From contig NC_042998.1 of the NCBI RefSeq assembly GCF_006345805.1, forward strand, positions 186,806,001-186,870,000: a stretch of 64,000 bases of DNA, given 5' to 3'. Origin of the DNA: Octopus sinensis. Its lineage: Eukaryota. Both the position numbers and the translations under genes were made by a program. Of the stretch, positions 25,191 through 39,370 are shown one piece after another. Each line of letters opens with the position of its first letter. Position 1 is the first letter of the stretch. The notes under the pieces were generated by a model. That model saw only the letters and a program-made list of their open reading frames with translations, was not told the origin of the DNA and did not search any database.

Positions 25191-25574
25191 TAGTTTTATT
25201 TTTTTAGCGTGTTTTCACTTCACTACCGAGCGCAGCTCTGTGTGCCTTGGGTATGTGCTGTGATTTGTTGTGATGCTCTGATGGTTATTGTATGGAAAGT
25301 GTTCTGCGTAGGATGTGTGCAGTGCCTAGTAGTGCAATTTTCTGTTATATGTGTTTGTAAGTCCTGGTGTTTTTGTTGTGTATTTGTCGGAATATTTTTT
25401 TATCATGCCTAATGCACCTACTATGATAGGAATTGTTTCTGTTTTCAGATTCCACATTCTAGTTACCTCTATTTCCAGGTCTTTGTATTTTGAGAGTTTC
25501 TCCATTTCTTTTAGAGACACGTTGTCATCTGCTGGTATTGATACATCAATTAGAAAGCATTTTTTTTCTTCATG
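25188..25574 (-). pseudogene. Second R4/Dong-like 3' end, (TAA)n on both sides
   Basis: Near-identical to 24357-24797 but with a shorter 5' truncation. Confidence 0.85.
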
Positions 25575-25636
<62 letters not shown>

Positions 25637-26416
25637 TATTATTAACTTCTAGAAGAAAAAAACGAATATGATTTCCGTTATCGGCATGCAAAACTACATA
25701 AGAAATACATTTTTTGAAAATAATCTGGTGAAAAATTAGAAAAACTTCAAGTGGTTGGAAGAAATTTAAGGAGATCCATCGAATATGCATAAACTTTAAC
25801 ACAACAGCAGAAGGCATGGCTTTGATAAATGTTATTATTGTCTAATCTAGGAATTGAGTAATCTCTTTTGTTCTTTATCGACAGCCATATGTGCACGATG
25901 CGTTCGTGTAATGAATTCGTATGTTATGTGTCTGTGTGCGTGTGAGTACGTGCGCGCATGCGAGCGTGTGTAATAAACAAAACCCCTTATATATATGTTA
26001 CAGCCCTATTTCCCCACTGTTTCTGCCACCAGTTTAACAGAAATAACATTTACACTCTTTTTGTCAAATGACTCATAGCGTTTTTTGGGTCGCAATAAAA
26101 ATCGTGCTAGCTTCCCTTCTGGTACAAAGAACCTTTCCGCTAAAATTCGTTCTTTATAAAAAAACAGATTGTTCGCTGACCAAACTTCAAGAGTTGGAGG
26201 CGGCGGCGGCGGTGGTGGCGATGGTGGCGACGGTGGCGATGGTGGCGACGGTGGCGATGGTGGAGATGGTGGTGCTCCCGTTATTTGTTGCGGATGTGGT
26301 GGTTTGTTTTTCTGACTGTGACTACAGTTTCACAAGGGAAGCCTATTTATTGTTGTTGAGGATGATGACGATGATGAGGAGGAGGGAAAGGAGAAGGATG
26401 ATGATGATGGTGGTGG

Positions 26417-26463
<47 letters not shown>

Positions 26464-27114
26464 GTAGTGGTGGTTGTGGTGGTGGTGGTGATGGTGGTGG
26501 TGATGATGATGGTGATGATCATGTTGATCATGATGAGGAGGATGAATACGACGACGATGTTGTTTCATACCAGGTCAATGATCAAAGGCGTTCTAACCTC
26601 GACCATCCCGTCCTCGGTATATCTCGGACAACCTTGTCCAATGTTATTCCTTTTCTTTTGTTTTTTTCCCCGCCCCCACCCCCATTTGGAAAGGTCAGAT
26701 GTGAGGAAATTCGGCTGTTATTTTTAGTCGATCAGATGACTGCCTAGTGGTTCCCTTCAAGCTTGCTAATAATCTGTGGGTTAATCTTCCTATTATCTCA
26801 ATATGTTTCGTCGGGTCAACGAGTTCAGCTCTCTATGCGGTCGCTCGCGCTGCTAATAATAGCAGCAAAATCTTCCCAAGTCTCACGTTGTAAAACCAAT
26901 TAAATAATAACATCGTCTGTGGTTTTAAGAAATGTGAATGTGAATCTCAAAGCTAGATTGCTTTTGGTCCTGCGGCTTCTTGACCAGGGCTGATCTGAGA
27001 CCACACTGCAACTACACGCACGCACGCACACACAATTACATAGACACGTATACACATAGACAGGCAAACAGACAGACAGACAGACAGATAGACATACATG
27101 CATACAGACAGACA

Positions 27115-27253
<139 letters not shown>

Positions 27254-27354
27254 TCGCTATGTATGTTTCATTTTATATGTATATACACCGTTAGATGATA
27301 TGCTGCTGTGGAATTATCTGAGATAAAATTTCTTCATAGAGTTGTCTTAAAAGC

Positions 27355-27357
27355 ACA

Positions 27358-27410
<53 letters not shown>

Positions 27411-27625
27411 TAATAATAATAATAATAATAATGAAATTATTGTATACAGTGCTCGGGTGCACCACAACTTGTCAAAAGTACGTATAAAGCATATGCAGTA
27501 ATGTAGAAATGTCTGGAAAGCGAACAGTGTATGAGTCAGATACATGCTTGCGTGTGTATGGAGGGGAGAAAATCAGGTGTCGTGTTGGCGAATCTCAGGA
27601 AGCATGGAAGGTTTGAAGGATGCCG
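27355..27625 (-). mobile_element. Short LINE-like 3' stub with a (TTA)n tail
   Basis: Minus strand ...SFKPSMLPEIRQHDT* followed by a 3' UTR-like stretch and (TTA)n. Confidence 0.45.
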
Positions 27626-28644
27626 GCAGTTTGTTCGTTTGTTCGGAGACGTATATCGTCACTGAAGTCACTCACGAGAACAGAGACGTTTCTCTCGAGT
27701 TTTTTTCGACAACTCAGCAAGCTTCAGCAATACGAGAGAACGTTTTTATTTATATCAAGGCACAGATTTCGTTTAAGCAGGTGACAATCGGGCGCACGGC
27801 ATTCACAGACCTCAAGCCTGAAAGGCATGCACTCATACATGCAGATACATTTCAACCTTCGTCTTAAATAAAGAAGGATACATTTGAAAATTAAACTATC
27901 TCTCCATCTTTAAGATATCATGTTAGCGCTTGTATTTGTAGCAACTTGGAGCTACGTGTTGTTCATATTAATGTGCTATTTATTGCTGTTCTTGTTACGT
28001 ATTCATATTTAGTGGAAGTTTGATATTATTTTCTTCTTAAGTTCAATTATTATGTTTCTGTGATGTTGAAAATGGTTTTGATTTTTTGTTTTCTTTTCAT
28101 GCAGATAACATTTCAAAGTAATTAAAATTATATCGACTAATTGTCCTTACCTTGCTGCATAAATATTCTAGTTAGCTTTTTTTAATGCACATTACACATT
28201 TAATTTATTAACGCTGATTTAACTACGAATATCCTTACCACAGAATCGTACGAAGCAAAGAAGTTAAAGAAAATGGCAGTAGGAAGCGAGCCGTATCAGA
28301 GATCACAACAAGAGCGTTAGTCAGAAAAACAAGACGATAGCAACAAAGTAAACTGTCAACAGTAATGGCTCTAACAACGCTAGAAACAATGTGAGGAACA
28401 GTGACTTCTCTCAAATATTTAGTGCAATGACATATATTTAGATAATAGAGATGTAACTTAATTAAACACTGGAACCGAATCATATTACATTCATAGCTTA
28501 GGCGCTACGTGGTCCTGTCTCACCTAAATACTGTATGAAAAGGATAAAACTTGCCTTTTCTTTTGAGGTTTTCTCATACATAAGACACACGCACGTGTGC
28601 GCACATGTATATATGTGTGTATATATATATGCATAAACGTATAC

Positions 28645-28809
28645 AGGCGCAGGAGTGGCTGTGTGGTAAGTAGCTTGCTAACCAACCACATGGTCCCGGG
28701 TTCAGTCCACTGCGTGGCATCTTGGGCAAGTGTCTTCTGCTATAGCCTCGGGCCGACCAATGCCTTGTGAGTGGATTTGGTAGATGGAAACTGAAAGAAG
28801 CCCGTCGTA

Positions 28810-28892
<83 letters not shown>

Positions 28893-29095
28893 ATGTGTGT
28901 GCATGTGTTTGTGTGTTTGTCCCCCTAGCATTGCTTGAGAACCGATGCTGGTGTGTTTACGTCCCCGTCACTTAGCGGTTCGGCAAAAGAGACCGATAGG
29001 ATAAGTACTGGGCTTACAAAGAATAAGTCCCGGGTGCTCCAGCATGGCCGCAGTCAAATGACTGAAACAAATAAAAGAGTAAAAAGAGTAAAGAG
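28645..29095 (+). mobile_element. SINE family A
   Basis: Same structure as 31-452. Confidence 0.9.
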
Positions 29096-29147
29096 TATAC
29101 ACACGCACATACACAAACTATCGCACTCACATATAATATAAATTTAA

Positions 29148-29379
29148 AAGGCAGCGAGCTGGCAGAAACGTTAGCACGCCGGGCGAAATGCGTAGCCGTA
29201 TTTCGTCTGCCGTTACGTTCTGAGTTCAAATTCCGCCGAGGTCGACTTTGCCTTTCATCCTTTCGGGGTCGATAAATTAAGTACCAGTTAGGCACTGATG
29301 TCGATGTAATCGACTTAATCCGTTTGTCTGTCCTTGTTTGTCCCCTCTATGTTTAGCCCCTTGTGGTTAGTAAAGAAAT
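29148..29379 (+). mobile_element. SINE family B with a ~17-bp TSD
   Basis: Flanked by tataatataaatttaaa on both sides. Confidence 0.9.
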
Positions 29380-29434
29380 ATATAATATAAATTTAAAAGC
29401 TCTTCACCAGTTTTCGTGTGTGTTTGTGTGTGTG

Positions 29435-29470
<36 letters not shown>

Positions 29471-29508
29471 CGTGTGTGTTAGTGTGTGTGTGTGTGTGTT
29501 AGTGTGTG

Positions 29509-29554
<46 letters not shown>

Positions 29555-29825
29555 CCTTGCTAAGTCTCGAAGAAGGGCAAAAGACTGGTAAAATTTATGA
29601 CCTTTAGTGTTCCATTTAAAGTCTTACACGTCAACACCTGCAGTAAAGACATGATCGGGAGAAGATTCCAGAAGGGTAATATTCTGAGGAGGATATTCTG
29701 GGTAAGAAGAGTTCGGTTAATGAGAGGAAAAGGGATTTAGACTAATCAAAAGTAACGTGAGATGGAGAAACAGTGATCGGGGTGGATGAGGGTGGGTAGT
29801 GAGGGCCGATACCTGTACATTATAT

Positions 29826-30095
29826 CTAATACACACACACATACATACATACATACATACATACATACATACATACATACATAAATACATACGTACGTAC
29901 GTACGTACATTCATACATACATACACACACACACAGAGATACATACATACATACATAAATACATACATACATTCATACATACATACATACATACATACAT
30001 ACACACACACACAGAGATACATACATAAATACATACATACATTCATACATACATACATACATACATACATACATACATACATACACACAGATACA

Positions 30096-30129
<34 letters not shown>

Positions 30130-30776
30130 AATACATACATACATACATACATACATACATAAATACATACATACATACATACATTCATACATACATACAT
30201 ACATACATACATACATACATACATACATACATTCCATACATACATACATACATATATACATACGTACATACATACATCACACACACACAGAGATACATAC
30301 ATACATACATAAATACATACATACATCATCATACATACATACATACATAATACACACACACACAGAGATACATACATAAATACCTACATACATTCATACA
30401 TACATACATACATACATACATACATACATACACACAGATACATACATACAACATACATACTCATACATATAAATACATACATACATCATACATACATAAA
30501 TACAGACATATAATACATACATACATACATTCACATCCCATACATAATACAGACATACATACATTACATACATTCATACAACATACATACATAGATAATA
30601 CATACATACATACATACACACACACACATACATTCATACATACATACATACATACATACATAAATACATACATATATTCATACATACATACATACATACA
30701 TACATACATACATACACACACAGATACATACATACATACATACATACATTCATACATACATACATACATACATACA

Positions 30777-30808
<32 letters not shown>

Positions 30809-31498
30809 CACACAGATACATACATACATACATTCATACATACATACATACATACATACATACATACATACATACATACATACATACATACACACAGATA
30901 CATACATACATACATTCATACATACATACATACATACATACGTACATACATATATACATACATACATACATACATACATACATACATACATACATACATA
31001 CATACATACATACATACCTACATACATACATACATACATACACACATACATACACACACACACACACATACATAAATACATACATACATACATACATACA
31101 TACATACATACATACATACATACACACATACATACCTACATACATACATACATACATACATACACACATACATACCTACATACATACATACATACATACA
31201 TACATACATACATACACACACACAGATACATACATACATACATACACACACACAGATACATACATACATACATACATATATACATACATACATACAAACA
31301 TACATACATACATACATACATACATACATACATACATTCATACATACATACATACATACATACATACACACACACAGAGAGATACATACATAAATACATA
31401 CATACATTCATACATACATACATACATACATACATACATACATACATACATACATACATACATACATACACACAGATACATACATACACACAGATACA

Positions 31499-31532
<34 letters not shown>

Positions 31533-31796
31533 AATACATACATACATACATACATACATAAATACATACATACATACATACATACATACATACATTCCAT
31601 ACATACATACATACATATATACATACGTACATACATACATACACACACACACAGAGATACATACATACATACATAAATACATACATACATTCATACATAC
31701 ATACATACATACATACACACACACACAGAGATACATACATAAATACATACATATATTCATACATACATACATACATACTTACATACATACACACAG

Positions 31797-31827
<31 letters not shown>

Positions 31828-32113
31828 AATACATACATACATACATACATACATAAATACATACATACATACATACATTCATACATACATACATACATAC
31901 ATACATACATACATTATACATTCCATACATACATACATACATATATACATACGTACATACATACATACACACACACACACATACATTCATACATACATAC
32001 ATACATACATACATAAATACATACATATATTCATACATACATACATACATACATACATACATACATACACACACAGATACATACATACATACATACATAC
32101 ATTCATACATACA

Positions 32114-32145
<32 letters not shown>

Positions 32146-32856
32146 CACACAGATACATACTACATACATTCATACATACATACATACATACATACATACA
32201 TACATACATACATACATACATACTACACACAGCACATAGATACATACATACATACATTCATACATACCTACAACAACATACGTACATACATATATACATA
32301 CATACATACATACATACATACATACTACATACATACATACATACATACATACATACCTACATACATACATACATACATACACACATACATACACACACAC
32401 ACACACATACATAAATACATACATAAATACATACATACATACATACATAAACCATACATACATACACACATACATACCTACATACATACATACATACATA
32501 CATACACATACATACCTACTACATACATACATACATACATACATATATACATACACAACACAAGATACATATACAACATACACACCACACAGATACATAC
32601 ATACATACATCATATATACATACATACATACAAACATACATACATACATTACATACATACATACATAACATAGACATACATACATACATACATATATCAC
32701 ACACACAGATACATACATACATACATATTATGACATACAAAATACATACATACATACATACATACATACTCATACATACATACATAACATACATAATACA
32801 TACATACATACATACATACATACATACATACATTCATTCATACATACATACATACA
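29826..32856. repeat. ~3-kb (TACA)n array with recurrent variant modules
   Basis: Interspersed (CA)n-gagatac, ataaatac and attcatac modules. Confidence 0.95.
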
Positions 32857-33004
32857 TAGTGAAGGCTCATGGTTCAGTATTTAGGGAATTCGCCTCACAA
32901 TCTTAAGGTCGTGGGTTCGATTCCCGACAGCACATTGTTTCCTCGAAACACTGTTTTACTTAGCTCCAGTTCATTAAACCGGCAAACTTGAGTTGTATCT
33001 GTAT

Positions 33005-33568
33005 TTCTTTCCTGCTCTAGGCACAAGGCCCGAAGTTTTTGGGAAGAGGACCAGTCGATTAGATCGATCCCAGTACGCAACTGGTACTTAATTTATCGAC
33101 TCCGAAAGGATGAAAGGCAAAGTCGACCTCGGCGGAATTTGAACTCAGAACGTAACGACAGACGAAATACCTATTTCTTTACTACCCACAAGGGGCTAAA
33201 CACAGAGAGGACAAACAAGGACAGACAAAGGGATTAAGTCGATTAGATCGATCCCAGTGCGTAACTGGTACTTAATTTATCGACCCCGAAAGGATGAAAG
33301 GCAAAGTCGACCTCGGCGGAATTTGAACTCAGAACGTAACGACTGACGAAATACCTATTTCTTTACTACCCACAAGGTGCTAAAAACAGAGGGGACAAAC
33401 AAGGACAGACAAACGGATTAAGTCGATTACATCGACCCCAGTGCGTAACTGGTACTTAATTTATCGACCCCGAAAGGATGAAAGGCAAAGTCGACCTCGG
33501 CGAAATTTGAACTCAGAACGTAAAGACAGATGAAATAGCGTGCTAGCGTTTCTGCTAGCTCATCACCT
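33005..33568 (-). mobile_element. SINE-B concatemer (head + 3 bodies)
   Basis: Junctions gacgaaatacc|tatttcttt at ~33170 and ~33353. The terminal unit has the alternative tail. Confidence 0.9.
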
Positions 33569-34012
33569 TGCTGTACCTGTATTTCAAAGAGCCAGCCTTC
33601 TCACATTCTGTATCATGTTGAATCTCTTTGAGAACTAAGTTAAGGGTACGCGCATCTGTGGAGTGCTCAGTAACTTCCACGTTAATATCACGAGCAGACT
33701 GTTCTGTTGATCGGATCAACTGGTACCCCCATCGTTGTAACCGACACATACATACATACATACATACATACATACATACATACATACATACATACATACA
33801 TGCATGCATACTTGCATACATACATATATACATCCATCCATCCATACATACATACATACATACGTGTGTGTGTGTGTACACACACACTCACAACATATAT
33901 ATATATATATACATAACGGGAAGGTTTACGAAAATAAACCAAAGACGAAGGCAGGTGGAGTACAAACAAACAAATGTATTAGTATGGCGCTTAGGAATAG
34001 AAATAGAACAAG

Positions 34013-34050
34013 TCTTTTACGTTTCGAGCCGACGCTCTTCGACAGAAAGA
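34013..34050 (-). ncRNA. Variant minimal type I hammerhead motif (A6U) in a (TA)n-anchored element (33910-34085)
   Basis: TCTTT-CTGTCGA-a-GAGC-gtcg-GCTC-GAAA-c-GTA-AAAGA: perfect 5-bp stem I and 4-bp stem II. Confidence 0.6.
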
Positions 34051-34268
34051 TACACAAGGAGAGAAACAAGGAGACAAAAAAAATGTTTGTAGGAGCTAAG
34101 TTACATATGAAAACAATGTACCATTAAATTGGGAAGATCGCCTAATTTCTTTTAAGTAGAGTGCATCTAGTTAATATTTACGAGGAAAAGGTTGAAAGGT
34201 TGGTCGTGACTTCGAGATGTCACCTTGGTTGGCTTCGAAGTCACTGTCAGCCTTTTCCTTCTGAAAGT

Positions 34269-34308
<40 letters not shown>

Positions 34309-34666
34309 AAGGCGCAGGAGTGTTGTGTGGTAAGAAGCTAGCTTCCCAACCATACGGTTCCGGGTTCAGTCCCACTGCGTGACCACTTGGGCAAGAGTCT
34401 TCCACTATAGCCTCGGGCCGACCAGTCTCATGAGTGGACTTGGTAGATGGAAACTGAAAGACAACCGGTGTTGGTATGTTTACGTCCCTGTAACCTAGCG
34501 GTTCAGTAAAAGAAACTGATAGACAAGTACTAGGCTTTAAAAAGTGTCTTCTACTATAGAAGCTATAGTAGAAAACATTTGCGCAAGGTGCCACGCAGTG
34601 GGAACTGAACCCAAAACCATGTAGTTGGGAAGCAAACTTCTTATATATTATGTATGTATGTGTGCA

Positions 34667-35038
34667 GTTGAGGCGCAATGGCCCAGTGCTTAGGCAGCGG
34701 ACTCGCGGTCATAGAATCGCGGTTTCGTTCCCATACGGGCGTTGTGAGTGTTTATTGAGCGAAAACACCTAAAAGCTCCACGAGGCTCCGGCAGGGGATG
34801 TGGTGATCCCTGCTGTACTCTTTCACCACAACTTTCTCTCACTCTTAGTCGTTCTGTCTGTGTACCTGTATTTCAAGAGGCCGGCCTTGTCACTCTCTGT
34901 GTCACGCTGAATATCCCCGAGAACTACGTTAAGGGTGCACGTGTCCTGTGGAGTGCTCAGCCACTACACGTTAATTTCACGAGCAGGCTGTTCCGTTGAT
35001 CGGATCAACGGACCTCATCGTCGTAACCGACGGAGTGC
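34667..35038 (+). mobile_element. SINE family C, tail variant 2
   Basis: Family C head with tail ...gttgatcggatcaac...gtaaccgacggagtgc, also found at 33570-33745 and 63306-63685. Confidence 0.85.
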
Positions 35039-35787
35039 TTCCATCCACCATGTGTGCATTTTTAATGCATATACCTATGTACGAGGACATACACAGAGAT
35101 AAAATCTTAAAAGTTAAAATAGAAAGAGACGAAATAAAATTGTTCTTGTGGGAGAGAGAGATAGACAACTATCAGATTTAAGTTAAGTGTTAAACGATCG
35201 GACCGATTCCCCTGAATTTCAGTATAATGGACTGGTCGGGCCTGTAATACTTTCACAAATACTGTAAACACAAGCCCCATGCAAATATGTACTGATAGAC
35301 TAAATATAAACGCAGTTCATATAAACAAAAACCCAGATATAAACAAGTAGATGGTGGCGTACAGAATGACGTATGTAAAAAATGCTCTATATATCGAAAA
35401 ATAAACGCACAATTATATAGGACCAGCTATATAGATAAGGCGCGAGCTGGCAGAAACGTTAGCACGCCGGGCGAAATGCTTAGTCGGTATTTCGTCTGCC
35501 GCTACGTTCTGAGTTTCAAATTCCGCCGAGGTCGACTTTGCCTTCATCTTTCGGGGTCGATAAATAAAGTACCAGTTTCGCACTGGGGTCGTGTAATCGA
35601 CTTAATCCCTTTGTCTGTCCTTGTTTGTCCCCTCTATGTTTAGCCCTTGTGGGCAATAAAGAAATATATATAGACCAGCTCATATATATTTTAGATACAC
35701 GAAAATACAAGGGAACATATGCACGCAAATACACATTCGCATACATACATGCATTCAATGCTACCATACATAAACACACACTCACAC

Positions 35788-35820
<33 letters not shown>

Positions 35821-37478
35821 CGTGCGTGCGTGTGTGTGTGTACTTAGTTTAAATGGATAAGAAGTAAAGACGACCTCGGCGGAATTTGAACTCAGAACGT
35901 AAAGACGGGCGAAATGCCCGGTGTGATTCCGCCAGCTCGTTGCCTTATCTTTATCTTCTAATATTAAAACAGATTAAGACGGCGAGGTGGCAGAATCGTT
36001 AACAGGTCGGGCAAAATGCTTAGCGGCATTTCGTCCGACTTTACATTCTGAACTCAAATCCCGATGAGGTTGTCTTTACTTCTTATCATTTCAGGGTCGA
36101 TAAAATAAGTACCAGTTTAGCACTGAACTCAAAGTAATCAACTCTGTTCCTACCCTGAAATTATTGATCTTGTACCAAACTTTGAAACCATTATTAAAAT
36201 AGATTTACGCAATACGCACAATAATTAACATTTCCTATTAGATATTCAGGGCCAACTGAATTGCTAATGCGATGGGCTGAATCATTTGAATTTTGTTGTA
36301 CGAGTGGCAGTAATTATTCCAAGCAAGTTTCTCGTTAGTGTCCAGCAAAAATGTTAATAAATGATTCTCATTTTTAAAAGATCCAGATCCCCGTTGCGTT
36401 TATATTGATAGAACAGGATCCAGATCACCATTGCGTTTTTATGAATCATGTATCCCAATCTTCTTCTCTATCGAGTTTGGAACCCACCATTGATCTGTCC
36501 CCTTAACAACTTAACTGTTTTGCCAATCACCAAAGCAACTACTACCAAGCGTCACCTGATCCCACTAAACATTTACCTTTTCTACAAGACGAACAAAAGG
36601 GATAAACAAATTTATGGACATCTCATATCCTTAGTGTTATGTGGATGGGTTGGTATTTTAACATTACCACAAGAAATACCAAGCATAAATCAATACAGCA
36701 GTTGGTTGGAAATGGAACTAACGAACAAGTGGGAATGAAAACACTATACATTTTGCAGTAACCAAAAGACTCATGCATGTATTGAAGAAATATAGTACAT
36801 TGCTTGCAATAAAACAAACAGCACTTTTTAAGTCTAAATCATTTTGAATTCATTGTAGCTCTTCTAATAAATTTTTTCTTTGCTTTTAATTTTTTTATAC
36901 AATCCATAAGATGTAAGCTCTCTTCAGAGAAATTTTCATCAACTCTGGAGGAAAACCGCTCGATAACTATTTAATTGAATTGGCATCTATCCAATGCTAG
37001 TATTACACTTCTGTTTGCACAAGGTTTCTTCTTCTATTATAATTCCAATCCTATCTAGGATGCTTTATAGGAATATTACACTTATAGATTGGTACTTTAT
37101 TTTAACGACCTCTCGGAAAGTTCAGAGACAAATTGATCTCGACAAGATTTGAATTCAGAACATAAACTAAATATCGTAGTCACTTTATCTTACGCACTAA
37201 TCATTCGGCCAATCCAACACAATCATTATTCAGTTCCAGTAACTCCAAAAACTTGAATTAAAAACTAATGCGGCCACCGGGGCTCTCTTCACGAATTAAG
37301 CTAAGGATTCGTTCATAAAACGTACGTGGCGTACAAGTTTTTAAAATTCCATTTTGACCAGCAGGAACATTAGTTTTAAAGCCTGTCATATGGTCAAATT
37401 CAGTGGGGTTCGCTTAAAAAAGTTACGTTCACTTAAGATTATTTCTAGAAGTGACTTCAAATGGAAAAGCGCAGTAAG

Positions 37479-37515
<37 letters not shown>

Positions 37516-37859
37516 TGCATGTATATTTATGTTTATATATATGTGTATATGTATATGTGTATGTATGTAAATACATACATACATATACACGTACATACAT
37601 GTATAATTAATAATATCAGGGTAATAAAGATTTTAGAAATTTTTACTACCAGTTGCCTAGCGTATAGAAAAATTAGTCAATAGACTACATATTATTCATA
37701 TAAAATACCATGGTCCAGGAAATAGATGGTAAATATTTTTCATTCCCTTCGAGAATTTATCCCTAATTAGTGGTTTGGACTATAGCTGTTCTTCCTAGCG
37801 TAAAGGATTCCAATGTTAGAACCTCTTAATGTGTTTAAATGTACGTATTATTATATATA

Positions 37860-37918
<59 letters not shown>

Positions 37919-38045
37919 CTATATAATATATATATATATAAATTATATAAATTTTTGCGTAATAAGATAAAAAACCAAGGCTGTATAGATATTAGAGCAT
38001 TTTTAGATAGAAGGTCTTACAACTGTTTCTAGGATATTAATATTA

Positions 38046-38076
<31 letters not shown>

Positions 38077-38662
38077 TATATATATATATATATATACATG
38101 CCCAACGTTCCACATACATGTTAGTACATTACAATGCGATGTGTGACATATAAAACACAAGAATCATGCAATAAACATTTCGTTAATTCATTTATCATAA
38201 ATTAGGAAGCCATGTGACTGCATCACCTAAATCATTTTGTACTATTTTAGTATTACAACAAGCAGTTGATTAGACATTTTTTATTTAAAAATGACTTCCT
38301 TTTTTTATATATATTCGCGGAAACATTCTTTAAAACCGCAAAATTTAGTTCCACCTGTTTTGGCTTCGAATTCAAATCCCATCGGCATCAACATTGACTT
38401 TCAATACTAGTGGTGATGAAACAATTGTATTAAAGACGGGTGGATCATCTAGTTGTCAAGAATTTTCTTTCTTTCACTATCACTCTTTGCACACACACAC
38501 ACACACACACGTTAGGATTGCTACACGAAATCCCTTCCGATACGAACCATTTTAAAGCTATAATTACACATGTTACAAAGTGTAACTAACGAGTTAATCC
38601 ATTTTGTAATACTTAGCTAGATTCGTGCGTTTGGTTTCGCTACGTGGTATTTATTTTGTAAG

Positions 38663-39001
38663 GTTACGTTCTGAGTTCAAATTCCGCCGAGGTCGACTTT
38701 GCCTTTCATCCTTTCGGGATCGATTAAATAAGTACCAGTTACGCACTGGGGTCGATGTAATCGACTTAATACCTATGTCTGTCCTTGTTTGTCTCCACTG
38801 TGGGTAGTAAAGAAATAGGTATTTCGTCTGCCGTTACGTTCTGAGTTCAAATTCCGGTGAGGTCGACTTTGCCTTTCATCCTTTCGGGGTCGATTAAATA
38901 AGTACCAGTTACGCACTGGGGTCGATGTAATCGACTTAATCCGTCTGTCTGTCCTTGTTTGTCCCCTCTGTGTTTAGCCCCTTGTGGGCAGTAAATAAAT
39001 A
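38663..39001 (+). mobile_element. 5'-truncated SINE-B dimer with a perfect 17-bp TSD
   Basis: TSD ggtatttattttgtaag at 38646-38662 and 39002-39018, with an internal junction at ~38818. Confidence 0.9.
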
Positions 39002-39370
39002 GGTATTTATTTTGTAAGCATTGGTTGTGTTCCTCAATAATATGGTGACTATCATACCAGAGCGATAGTTCCAAATAAGGGCATAAGGCAACTGAAGCTA
39101 CAAATAACATAAATTTGGCATTCGGTTGTGTTAATCAGTGAGCGGTGCAGTGGTAGTTTCGGAAATTGCATTCTGGCGAGGAGGGCCTTTAGAGTGAATC
39201 ATGAGAGGAAATATGGCTGTCATAAACGTGGACCAATTACTAGAACTGTTGGTTATTTGTTAAAACTTTTTTTTAAATCACGCCACCTAAGAAACGGCCA
39301 CAAGCCAGCTTGACTAGATCTTGATGTGATCGCTATTCGGAGGTAAATGACTGCATATTTTAAGACCACG

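Noticed and set aside
26068-26727. 219-aa ORF with poly-Met/Val
   Set aside because: It is driven by (GAT)n/(GGT)n repeats, and the flanking parts show no recognisable motif.
28239-28379. 141-nt minus-strand exon-like segment with good AG/GTAAG sites
   Set aside because: The only open frame is not recognisably protein-like, and such sites arise by chance in AT-rich DNA. It needs RNA-seq.
29717-32833. Many overlapping MYVC/HTYI ORFs (also 53235-53956 and 61439-62032)
   Set aside because: They are (TACA)n and (TA)n microsatellite translations.
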